Of a stretch of DNA of 32,000 nt, positions 22,796 through 30,977 are shown piece by piece. A program made the position numbers and the translations under genes. A model generated the notes under the pieces. It did no database searches and was not told where the DNA came from. It saw only the letters and a list, made by a program, of their open reading frames with translations. Position 1 is the stretch's first letter. The number at the start of each line of letters is the position of its first letter. This DNA is from Candidatus Saccharimonadota bacterium (GTDB lineage: Bacteria > Patescibacteriota > Microgenomatia > UBA1406 > GWC2-37-13), in contig CP065004.1 in NCBI GenBank assembly GCA_016700135.1, positions 360,001-392,000 of the forward strand. Reading direction: 5' to 3'.

Positions 22796-24862
22796 CTACT
22801 GCAGCGGATCGGGGCCTTCCCCTAAGGCTCCCTCGACATAAGCGGAGACCAGCGGAAGGTACAACTCAAGCTGCAGGATCGGCATCTCGTCCTGGGGATC
22901 CAACGACATTGTCGGACCGTTGACTGCCGAAAGCTCATCGACCGTGATTGACTCCAACGTGAGCACTTGCGTGCCTTCCGTCGGAATAATCGTAAGATCA
23001 ACCGAACTGACAGGATCAGTCATGGAAGCCAAGGGTACGAAGCCGGCGTTCGGTTGAACAGTGTCGAAACCTGCCGCCATCACAGACTGAACACTCTGAT
23101 CAAACTGGAGTGCCAGGCCGCTAAACGGCTGTTCCGAGCTGATGCGGACCACCAGAGGCTGTGTGCTGATCACGGTCGTCGTGATGTTGGGCGTCTCTGC
23201 CACTTCAGCCGCAGCAACGGAATCACCGGGCAACCAGTTGCCGGTGACGTCACACATCAACCAAAGCTTGGTGATATGCCCACTGCTTGTCGGACCGTTC
23301 ACTTCAACAGTGATTGCTTCGCCGCGCCAATCGCCGCAAGCAGCATCCGAATCATTGTAACGCGCAGCGAACCGCAGGATGCGGTTGGCATCGTAGCTCG
23401 TGATGGGTTGCTTATCGTCGGCGTCCGCGCTCCACTCCATATACGGAATACCGAAGGTGGTGCGGAGAGCCGCCCGCTGATGAGTAAGTGCGGCATCCAT
23501 AGAGCTTACGGCATGCCGATCGTACTCGGACTTCTGCTTGGAGAAAGTCGCGGTCCACGTTCCCATAGTCGGGAGTGCGGCAGTGTAGCCGCCGTCCCAA
23601 CCGGTCGTGGCCGTGACAACGTCGATCCCGTTAGACAGAGTGACCGTCACATCCTTCATGGGCTTATTGCCGTTCCAGAAGTAGACAGCGCCCGTCCAGA
23701 GGCTGGCGTTTACGGTCACCTGACCGTATTCACCCGCCACGGGCATCGAACCGCCGTTGATCAAGACCTCCGGCACCTGTACGCCCGAAAGCATCACAGG
23801 AACGGTCCCTGCCCGCAGCGCCCGAAACTTCAGGCGAAGCATGAGGCCGGAATTGGTCGTGATCGGCTGTTGTCCCTGTCCGGTGATGATAATCGAGCCG
23901 GGAGTACCCGTGTTCAGGATGTACTGGAAGTTCTGCGTCGCCGTTCCTGCCTGATCAATACCCACAAACGAAAGATGCGTCGGCGAATACTGCAGCCGCG
24001 CATCGATGCTGTAGATCTGACCGGTGTTGTTGCGGAATTCCAGCGGAACCATGATCTCATTCCCCACGACGGTTGTCGTATCGGGGATGGTCAAAGTCAC
24101 AGGCAAGGTCCAGTCCCAACTGACCAGAAGACACAAAGGTGCCTGGTCGGTGGGCTGTAGCTTGATCTCAACGCTGCCTTGATTCTGATTCAGGCGCCAG
24201 CCTTCATAGGCATTGTTAGCCAGTTGGCGCCAATCAGTTGCCCCCACCAGTCGATAGTAGATCTCCCGCCCGACAAAGATGTTCTGGATAGTCGGATAGG
24301 TAGAGCCGTCATTCCAACGGTTGATTACGACCATCGGGCCGTTCAGGCACGTTGTTGCGTCATGCATGCTGTTGGTCTGACCACCATGAGACATACTCAC
24401 GTGGACCGCAACAGGATCAGTTTCCTGTCCGTTGCGAACGAAGTAGGTGCTTTTGGGTGTCATGTTAGCAGAAAGCTGACGCATGTCGATCTGGCCATTC
24501 TTGAGGCGGGCCTGGATGACAAAGTCACTGAACACCGTAGAGCTTGTGTTGTTGACATACACCTGGAGGTTACCAGGGTAACCCCAGTGGTGTCGGACAC
24601 TACTGCCCATCACGGGTTCAGCCGCCGCCCGAACTTCTTCGCCGTTCTCCAAAACGCTCAAGTCGCCTTCGAGAAGACCCTTCAAAACCACCTCATCGGT
24701 GATCTGAACGGGCTGCGAATCGACTTCTTGAGCATAGGCCGAGACGTGGGTCGCGAACATAGCCAAAAGTGCCATAAGCACCGCGACTGCCGCGAGTACG
24801 GTCCAATTCACACTCCGCTGCGGCATCGCCGCTACTTTGACCTGATACTTCTTGGTATACAT
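22796..24862 (-). CDS. secreted multidomain protein with a cohesin-like domain and a dockerin-like module
   Basis: Start moved to ATG 24862 (MYTKKYQVKVAAMPQRSVNWTVLAAVAVLMALLAMFATHVSAYAQE), which has a GAGAGGA SD 4 nt upstream. Cohesin-like segment at ~23705-24112 (VVGNEIMVPLEFRNNTGQIYSIDARLQYSPTHLSFVG...LRLKFRALRAGTVPV). Dockerin-like segment at ~23355-23525 (AVSSMDAALTHQRAA ... DADDKQPITSYDANRILRFAA). Confidence 0.65.
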   Translation of the reverse strand: MYTKKYQVKVAAMPQRSVNWTVLAAVAVLMALLAMFATHVSAYAQEVDSQPVQITDEVVLKGLLEGDLSVLENGEEVRAAAEPVMGSSVRHHWGYPGNLQVYVNNTSSTVFSDFVIQARLKNGQIDMRQLSANMTPKSTYFVRNGQETDPVAVHVSMSHGGQTNSMHDATTCLNGPMVVINRWNDGSTYPTIQNIFVGREIYYRLVGATDWRQLANNAYEGWRLNQNQGSVEIKLQPTDQAPLCLLVSWDWTLPVTLTIPDTTTVVGNEIMVPLEFRNNTGQIYSIDARLQYSPTHLSFVGIDQAGTATQNFQYILNTGTPGSIIITGQGQQPITTNSGLMLRLKFRALRAGTVPVMLSGVQVPEVLINGGSMPVAGEYGQVTVNASLWTGAVYFWNGNKPMKDVTVTLSNGIDVVTATTGWDGGYTAALPTMGTWTATFSKQKSEYDRHAVSSMDAALTHQRAALRTTFGIPYMEWSADADDKQPITSYDANRILRFAARYNDSDAACGDWRGEAITVEVNGPTSSGHITKLWLMCDVTGNWLPGDSVAAAEVAETPNITTTVISTQPLVVRISSEQPFSGLALQFDQSVQSVMAAGFDTVQPNAGFVPLASMTDPVSSVDLTIIPTEGTQVLTLESITVDELSAVNGPTMSLDPQDEMPILQLELYLPLVSAYVEGALGEGPDPLQ

Positions 24863-24866
24863 GATA

Positions 24867-24874
24867 TCCTCTCT
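24867..24874 (-). promoter_or_regulatory. Shine-Dalgarno AGAGAGGA
   Basis: TCCTCTCT on the plus strand, 4 nt from ATG 24862. Confidence 0.6.
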
Positions 24875-25492
24875 TGTACTTGATTGTGTTAATTGAAGGC
24901 CGGATGATAGCAATGAAACACATTCCGGGACGTACGGGGATCAGGGCATTTCTGCCCTTTATCCTCTATTCTTTTTTTCCTTTCTTATGATTTTCATCTT
25001 CCTTTCGTCCTGACACAGTGAGTGTCAAAGGTAGATGATTGCGAATTCTAAAGCTAAGGGATTAGCCTCAAAACTTCGCAATCATAACCTCAAAAGACTA
25101 AGAAAAATGATATTGTCATAAAAATTGACATATTTCGTATAAGCTCAATATGAGCTTATTTCATTTTCCACAAGTTGTTAATGTGCCCCAACTTCGTTGA
25201 ATTTGAGCTCAACTTCGTTGGACAATAGCAAGTCTGCGACTTTGTTATCTCGTTTAGACACTATTCCCGCTAAAAGCTGTTTCAGGGGTAAGGATCTAAG
25301 TGAAGATAATCAGTACGTAGAATTCGAATTGTGTTGAGGTGAAAAGTAACAGCTTGTGTTACATTACACACTCAATGTGTATATTATACCACAAAATGCC
25401 ATATTTATCTACTACTATAGGATATATAAAAGCTGATATACTCCGTGTGTATTTTTACTCAAAAACCTTTGAAACTATAAGTATAATAACGT

Positions 25493-26365
25493 ATGGGAAT
25501 GGGAGAGAACCTTAATAAGCAAGTCAGAGAACTTTCACAGGATGAACTGAGAAGAAACCGGGCTCAATTTATCGAATGGTTCGATACGCGATCAAGACAA
25601 ACGATACAGATTCAAAACCACCACTACACTCTTCCGTACGGGACTGATTCCCAACAAATTGATGACAGGAGTGTCGCTCTTGATGAATACCTCATTGATC
25701 CTCAAAGCGTCACCGATCACAACTGGGGAAGGACGATTATGTCTGAACTTGCATTTGAGGATATGTTGAGGCGGGAAATGGGAGAAATTCTTGCTGCCCA
25801 GGGACTACATATCGTACCGGCTACTACTTCACTTGATGGTTCACGCCGTGATCATCCTCCCGAGAATGACCAACATCGACTTCTTCTTCCGGATGAGGCG
25901 CTTGAATCTTTTGCTAATGGCCATCCTCCCTACAATCAAAAGGGGGCAGATCTTGTCCTTCTTGATGATAAACAGCACGCCATAGTCGGATTTGACGCCA
26001 CAATCGGAGGCAGGTCAACCCTTCAGGAGAAAAGAAAACGCGTCCCGCTTCAACCGTATCCGGCTATGCCTGTTATTACATTAGGACTTCAAAAGCTTCC
26101 TATCGCCGGCCACTGGGGTTTTATTCCCTTTCTTGACCGTACGGCACGGAATTCGGTGCTATTGCACGGACAACTGAAAATTGAGCAATATCGCTGGGAC
26201 GAGGATACCGTTCGTTATCTAAGACATACCCTGACAACCGGGATACAAGCTGCCCGCCGCGGCTTAAAGCAAGATCTGGAGCTCGGTTTTCCTTATCCAT
26301 ACCTTGATGAAGTGAGACACAAACTGAATGTGACTGAAGAGTTATTCCAAAACGCTCTGGGGTGA
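25493..26365 (+). CDS. hypothetical protein (290 aa, soluble, no recognised domain)
   Basis: Clean ORF with TATAAT (25482-25487) 5 nt upstream of the ATG. I cannot place it in a family. Confidence 0.6.
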   Translation: MGMGENLNKQVRELSQDELRRNRAQFIEWFDTRSRQTIQIQNHHYTLPYGTDSQQIDDRSVALDEYLIDPQSVTDHNWGRTIMSELAFEDMLRREMGEILAAQGLHIVPATTSLDGSRRDHPPENDQHRLLLPDEALESFANGHPPYNQKGADLVLLDDKQHAIVGFDATIGGRSTLQEKRKRVPLQPYPAMPVITLGLQKLPIAGHWGFIPFLDRTARNSVLLHGQLKIEQYRWDEDTVRYLRHTLTTGIQAARRGLKQDLELGFPYPYLDEVRHKLNVTEELFQNALG

Positions 26366-27163
26366 TGCATACTGACGGAGCTTGCTCATCGTATAATACT
26401 CCTGAATCTTCTTCTTTCTATCTTCTAAAGAAAGAGTACTGACCACACCCGGTCCGTTGATACACCCGCCTTCACAAAACAGAATATCAACAAGGCGGAT
26501 TTTCGGATTAGTTTCAAATTCTTTGAGAGCTTCCTCACAGGCTTTCCATCCCGAAACAATTCGTATTTCTTCGTCAGATAGGATGTCGCGGACTCCGCTG
26601 CTGTCCGTGAGACCGCCGTCATACGGATAAATACGGGTTGATATCTCTGAAACATCAAACGCATTATTTCCAGGTTCTCCGGACAATGCTTGTAATTCTG
26701 CAAACACTTCCTCCAGTTCTTTGTATGTGACAACCAGAATATTCAATTCAGGATAATCCTGTGAAGATTCAAGTTTTTTCACGTTGCAGGGGCCAATGAA
26801 TACCGGACGATACCCGGGATACGTTTCCTGAGCAATTCTTGCTGTTGCAATCATCGGAGAATCGACCTGTTCGGCAAGATACTTCTCATACTGAGGGTAT
26901 TTTGTACGGACAAACCGCACAAAACTTGGGCACGGACTGGTGATAAAACGGGCGTTCGGATCATCCCGAAGGGCTTTTACTACCGCTTCATTGGTGCGTT
27001 TTGCCCCGGCTGCTACTTCGAGGATATACGTAAAACCGATTCCCCGAAGCTTTGCAATGAGCTCATTTTCTTTATACATAATCGGAAATGAAGGTGCGAC
27101 CATTGCGGCAAGCGGCTGTTTTTCTTTCAAGAGCGCAACAAGGGTTTGGGCATCCTGTGTCAT
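26342..27163 (-). CDS. [FeFe]-hydrogenase H-cluster-domain-like protein (Fe_hyd_lg_C type only, no ferredoxin domain)
   Basis: ITSPCPSFV (compare L1 TSCCPxW), FIGPCNVKKLE (compare L2 MPCxxKxxE) and DILFCEGGCINGPG (compare L3 CxxGCxxGGG) occur in the right order and spacing. The start overlaps the upstream stop in an ATGA. Confidence 0.7.
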   Translation of the reverse strand: MTQDAQTLVALLKEKQPLAAMVAPSFPIMYKENELIAKLRGIGFTYILEVAAGAKRTNEAVVKALRDDPNARFITSPCPSFVRFVRTKYPQYEKYLAEQVDSPMIATARIAQETYPGYRPVFIGPCNVKKLESSQDYPELNILVVTYKELEEVFAELQALSGEPGNNAFDVSEISTRIYPYDGGLTDSSGVRDILSDEEIRIVSGWKACEEALKEFETNPKIRLVDILFCEGGCINGPGVVSTLSLEDRKKKIQEYYTMSKLRQYASPQSVLE

Positions 27164-27675
27164 GTTGATTTTATGAAATTCCGTACGATAATGAGCAAGG
27201 TTCCGCCTGCCAATGCAGTATAAAATTGCATCATTCCCATTGCGGTCAAAAATAATGAAGGCACAATGCTCAGCTGAAAATAGATCAGGGCGGCTGCATA
27301 CATGATGACAACTTTTGCAGTCGAACCCAAAAGAACCCCGACAAACGGTGAAACGGAACGGCTGATTGCTTTATAGGTACTGACCAGCACAAAATTTCCG
27401 AGCCAGATAAAGGGAAGGAAATATAATAAAAACGGAGTATAACTCCCGAACAATACACCGTGTGCTACCGCACCCAAACTGGGAAGTACGACAATCGGAA
27501 GTATGTTTTTTTTTGGTAGTTCCGATACAAAAGCAAATAATAGGAAATTGACCAGCGTGCCGGTAAGCCACTGAGGGCCGGAGACCAACAGCGGAATTAG
27601 AAATGATCCGACAGTCAGAACCAGATCAAGCTGAAGCAATGCAGGTTTTGGTAAAGCGACAGTTTTTGCCGTCAT
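27160..27675 (-). CDS. small polytopic membrane protein (171 aa, ~5 TM), translationally coupled to the hydrogenase-like gene
   Basis: Start moved to MTAKTVALPKP.. (ATG 27675), with TATAGT 6 nt upstream. The longer ORF would overlap the divergent gene. ATGA overlap at 27160-27163. Confidence 0.6.
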   Translation of the reverse strand: MTAKTVALPKPALLQLDLVLTVGSFLIPLLVSGPQWLTGTLVNFLLFAFVSELPKKNILPIVVLPSLGAVAHGVLFGSYTPFLLYFLPFIWLGNFVLVSTYKAISRSVSPFVGVLLGSTAKVVIMYAAALIYFQLSIVPSLFLTAMGMMQFYTALAGGTLLIIVRNFIKST

Positions 27676-27759
27676 GTATTCACTATAACAGGTTTTTACC
27701 ACTCTGAAAAGCCATACTGATTGAGAATATACGCTCACATTTTTGATATACTGAAACAA

Positions 27760-28860
27760 ATGAAAAAGCACCTACTTTTCATACTTCCGCTCCTTTTTAT
27801 GTATGTTATTATTCTGGCACTGTTTCACCCGCGAGTGTTCTCCTATCGGTTTGATCACGAACTAATCGACAGATATTTCTGTTCACAGGATATTCCGTAT
27901 GAACCGCCCTGTCCCCGAGTATGGCTATCCGATGAAGAGCTTCACATTGCAGCGGGGTATCTATACGCCAAAGGGCATGATCCCGCTGTTATTGATTTTC
28001 AGCATATGCCGTTTGTTGCCACACTCTACGGATTTTCCATCGTTCTTTTCAACAATCCGTTTTATGTGGAGATCCTTTTCGGAATGAGCTATCTTGTCCT
28101 GGTGTACATACTCGGTCTGAAACTGTTCAAATCTCAATTGGTTGCCGCACTCGGCAGTTCTGTTTTTCTTATTGATCCGCTGTTTATGGAACTTTCTTCT
28201 CAAGCTTCGTATGAACTCGGGCAGGCGGTCTTTTTGCTTTCGTATTTGATCCTTATGATCTTTTATCGGAAAAAAGTGATTCTTCAGGGAATTGTACTCG
28301 GACTTTTGGCTTCCACAAAGTTCTGGGGGGCAGCATTATTTTTCATCGCCGCAACGGTGGCATATCGGATTGTAAAGAGGCAATTTAATATAAAGGAATA
28401 TATCATCCATCTTGCAGTCGCCTTTGTGGCATTTTCCTTGACGTATATTACGTCTTTTGTAAAACAGGGAATCCAGTTCAATATCGTTTTTTTTCAGCTG
28501 AAAGTTTTGAAATTCTGGCTTGATCATTCTGTGAGCAACATACCATTTGCCTCTTTCATTTTATTCACAACCGGTTTCTTCAAAAGTTGGTGGGGAGAAC
28601 ACGAAATCATAAGAACTCACATCTGGTCAGTGCTATGGCCGATATCCCTTGTTGCATCAACTTCGTTGAGCATCAAACCGCTTCTGAAATGGGACATCAC
28701 ACCGAAACTCTTCTTCTCGTCCATTCCGTTGGTGTATCTCGTGTATCTCGGAGTACAGGCTCCGTTCTCACGGTATTTCATCCTTATTCTCCCGTTTTGT
28801 TATTTATCTCTTTCCTATTTGATCTTTCTGGCAAAAGACCGGTTTTTGAAAAAGAAATAA
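27760..28860 (+). CDS. GT-C fold glycosyltransferase (PMT-like, with a DE motif in loop 1)
   Basis: Start at MKKHLLFILPLLF (ATG 27760), with TATACT 7 nt upstream. The first loop is WLSDEELHIAAGYLYAKGHDP..HMPF, followed by ~9 TM helices. Confidence 0.6.
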   Translation: MKKHLLFILPLLFMYVIILALFHPRVFSYRFDHELIDRYFCSQDIPYEPPCPRVWLSDEELHIAAGYLYAKGHDPAVIDFQHMPFVATLYGFSIVLFNNPFYVEILFGMSYLVLVYILGLKLFKSQLVAALGSSVFLIDPLFMELSSQASYELGQAVFLLSYLILMIFYRKKVILQGIVLGLLASTKFWGAALFFIAATVAYRIVKRQFNIKEYIIHLAVAFVAFSLTYITSFVKQGIQFNIVFFQLKVLKFWLDHSVSNIPFASFILFTTGFFKSWWGEHEIIRTHIWSVLWPISLVASTSLSIKPLLKWDITPKLFFSSIPLVYLVYLGVQAPFSRYFILILPFCYLSLSYLIFLAKDRFLKKK

Positions 28861-28918
28861 TCCCTCCTATAGAAAATATCTATCTCACAATGTATACTAG
28901 GGCTTCAAAACAGCTCTC

Positions 28919-30220
28919 ATGGAAACAGTACAACCAAAACCATCAGAACAGAATAATCCCTACTTTCAGCAGCTGCTGGCTCAAGCACAGGAAGATCTTT
29001 ATAACAATCCGGAGGAAGTTAAGCCGAACACTGCCCGCGGCCTTTATTGGTACTATTTAGTAGGTCAGGATATTCATACTCCGCCTGATTCAGCAAACCG
29101 AAGGAAAATGCTCCAGCTTTCTCAGCATCTTGAAGCTACCAGTCCGATCGTGGCTGCCGCCACTCAGTCGTTATACGATCATGCAGTGCGACATGAAGAT
29201 CTACCTGATTCACCTGATCGTTGGTACGCGGATGGTGTTGAAGACGCTCATCAGGCTCTCACTGGGATGTACGCTTTTTTTCATCAGATTCAAAATAAAA
29301 ATCCGTCACCGGAGCTTGCTGCTTTTTTGCAGACATGGGAAGATCAGCTCACACTTTCCGTGACTGAAGCACTGGCGATATATAATGCTTTAGCTATTCA
29401 TCTGAAAAGTTCCCCTTGTGCCGTATTCTTCGATGCCCTTGAGTTGCGGTTTCCTAAGGATAGACCACGGTCTCAAGTATTCAATGAATTACTCCCACTT
29501 TGGCAGGCATCCTATCAAGGCCAACCCAATGTTCTTGAGAGATACCAATCATATCTTAGAAAAATGTTGGAAAAACAGCAGGCTACCAATTTTACAGAGA
29601 GTATTTATATGCCGGCTGTAGTAAATGTATTTGATTATAGAGAGTATCTGAGGACACTAAAAGGTTTTTGGAGCGATATCGGATCAGCAGATCCAGCGAA
29701 GCTGAGAGTACATAAAGAAGATAATACTACCGTGATATCTGTTTCCAGAAACGCACATATTTTTATTCGCCATACTCCCGACACGAAAGGTCAGGCACGT
29801 ATTAATATCGCGGGAAACGGTGACACGTTCAGAAAAATTAGTTATCGGGTCGATCAGGAACGGGACGGCAAACTGGGGATAGATTTTTGCAGAGTGGGAT
29901 ATGATGAATTATTAAAGATAGCGCAGGGTATAAGTCAACTTGATCCTGCGTTAGTCAACGAATATACACATGCTGTAGATTCTCAGGGAAGAATGAAAGC
30001 AGGTGTCGGACCTTTTTATACACCGACACTGAATCGCGGCATCAAAGAACTAAATGCCGGTCATGTTTTCGGGATGCTCGCTGCATTGGGAATGCAGGAA
30101 GGAAAAGGACTTGGTATTCAAAGAGGTCCTACCTTCAACTATCATGTAAGCGGAGTTATGGATCAGTTTGAAGGGAATTTCGAACAACTCAGCCGGGAGT
30201 TTGCGGGGTTATTTCCCTGA
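28919..30220 (+). CDS. hypothetical protein (433 aa, soluble, no recognised domain)
   Basis: Long clean ORF with normal-looking composition. I recognise no motif. It overlaps the convergent methyltransferase gene by 12 nt. Confidence 0.6.
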   Translation: METVQPKPSEQNNPYFQQLLAQAQEDLYNNPEEVKPNTARGLYWYYLVGQDIHTPPDSANRRKMLQLSQHLEATSPIVAAATQSLYDHAVRHEDLPDSPDRWYADGVEDAHQALTGMYAFFHQIQNKNPSPELAAFLQTWEDQLTLSVTEALAIYNALAIHLKSSPCAVFFDALELRFPKDRPRSQVFNELLPLWQASYQGQPNVLERYQSYLRKMLEKQQATNFTESIYMPAVVNVFDYREYLRTLKGFWSDIGSADPAKLRVHKEDNTTVISVSRNAHIFIRHTPDTKGQARINIAGNGDTFRKISYRVDQERDGKLGIDFCRVGYDELLKIAQGISQLDPALVNEYTHAVDSQGRMKAGVGPFYTPTLNRGIKELNAGHVFGMLAALGMQEGKGLGIQRGPTFNYHVSGVMDQFEGNFEQLSREFAGLFP

Positions 30221-30946
30221 TTTCGGGCCGAGGGTGAGAGTTCCCCACAAGCCGTTTTGAGAATCGAAAAAATTATCCTGAAGAACCTGATTATCTCCTT
30301 GCGTAAACTGAACCTCGACTCCGGAAGAAATCAGTTTTTGCATAATTCCGGTTAAATGATTATCGGAAGACTGCATGAGCACCTGGACATATCCGCCCTC
30401 TGACAGCCCTTTATAGAATTGCTGCAATACGTATAACTGCTTGGCAGGTGAAGAACTCCGATCAGGCATAGCCCCGACACAATACAGGAGATCATAAGAG
30501 GGAACTAAATCAGGAACAACATGATAACTATCCTGGTAAAAGTCGATGTGATGATCAGAAAATAATCTACGGCCGGTTGTATTCCATCCCGTACTCTGAT
30601 CTGTAATAGTCCAAAGAGAAGCGTTTCGTACATCAATGCCATGCAATTCCGCATCAGGAAGGTAACGCCGGAGATCGGCAAGAGCCAATCCTGCCGCACA
30701 ACCGGCATCTACGATTCGGGGAGAAACATTCCTTTGATCAAGGACCTGCAATAACGTATTCGGAGCTCCGTTATGATGAAGAATCCGCTCATACTCAAAC
30801 CATCTGCGGCCCCAAAAACTTCCGGGGGTGGCAACCGTTACCGGATCAACACATATCCCGGGCTCTTTCCGCCAGTAATCCCGCTCTGCCTCAAGTTCAG
30901 CAATAATCTGAGATGTTTCTTCTGATGTAAAAATTTCACCTGACAT
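30209..30946 (-). CDS. class I SAM-dependent methyltransferase
   Basis: Start moved to MSGEIFTSEE (ATG 30946), with TATAAT 6 nt upstream. Motif I is RIVDAGCAAGLALADL, an acidic post-I residue occurs in ELHGIDV, and later comes YDLLYCVGAMP. Confidence 0.72.
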   Translation of the reverse strand: MSGEIFTSEETSQIIAELEAERDYWRKEPGICVDPVTVATPGSFWGRRWFEYERILHHNGAPNTLLQVLDQRNVSPRIVDAGCAAGLALADLRRYLPDAELHGIDVRNASLWTITDQSTGWNTTGRRLFSDHHIDFYQDSYHVVPDLVPSYDLLYCVGAMPDRSSSPAKQLYVLQQFYKGLSEGGYVQVLMQSSDNHLTGIMQKLISSGVEVQFTQGDNQVLQDNFFDSQNGLWGTLTLGPKSGK

Positions 30947-30977
30947 CCTATTATTATACCATACTATAGGATATGTT

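Larger units (their letters stand above)
21336..25260. other. compositionally foreign (~60% GC coding) island with two homologous cassettes and no mobility genes
   Basis: Hand counts of 60-nt lines give 57% (23401) and 63% (23581) inside the island. Lines outside give 35% (17101) and 45% (10501). The left edge abuts the TAA stop (21334-21336) of the host speE-like gene. The right edge is fuzzy and lies within the 24863-25492 leader. Confidence 0.7.

Noticed and set aside
22967-24883. Long plus-strand ORFs (397 aa at 22967-24160, 234 aa at 24179-24883, and several 60-70 aa ones) inside the island
   Set aside because: They are antisense to the much longer minus-strand ORF, which has a signal peptide, an SD and domain-like sequence. 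Their products are Arg/Gly/Pro-rich nonsense of the kind produced by stop-poor antisense frames in ~60% GC DNA.
24863-24913. 17-codon upstream extension of the large island gene (MLSSGLQLTQSSTREDI)
   Set aside because: ATG 24862 has a GAGAGGA SD at the right distance and begins a typical signal peptide. The extension has no SD.
25124-25160. TTGTCA/TTGACA pair and AAGCTCA-ata-TGAGCTT hairpin as a promoter or terminator in leader B
   Set aside because: No acceptable -10 lies at 16-18 nt on either strand. The hairpin is short (7 bp), AT-rich and lacks a proper U tract.
25493-26365. Possible PD-(D/E)xK nuclease motif (GADLVLLDD...GFDATIG) in the 290-aa protein
   Set aside because: The spacing and the third element (D-A-T instead of E-x-K) do not fit the canonical motif. 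The resemblance is too weak to call.
27676-27771. N-terminal extensions of the 203-aa (minus) and 379-aa (plus) ORFs that overlap each other
   Set aside because: The internal ATGs at 27675 and 27760 each sit 6-7 nt downstream of a -10 hexamer and remove the mutual overlap. The extensions have no plausible signal or TM logic.
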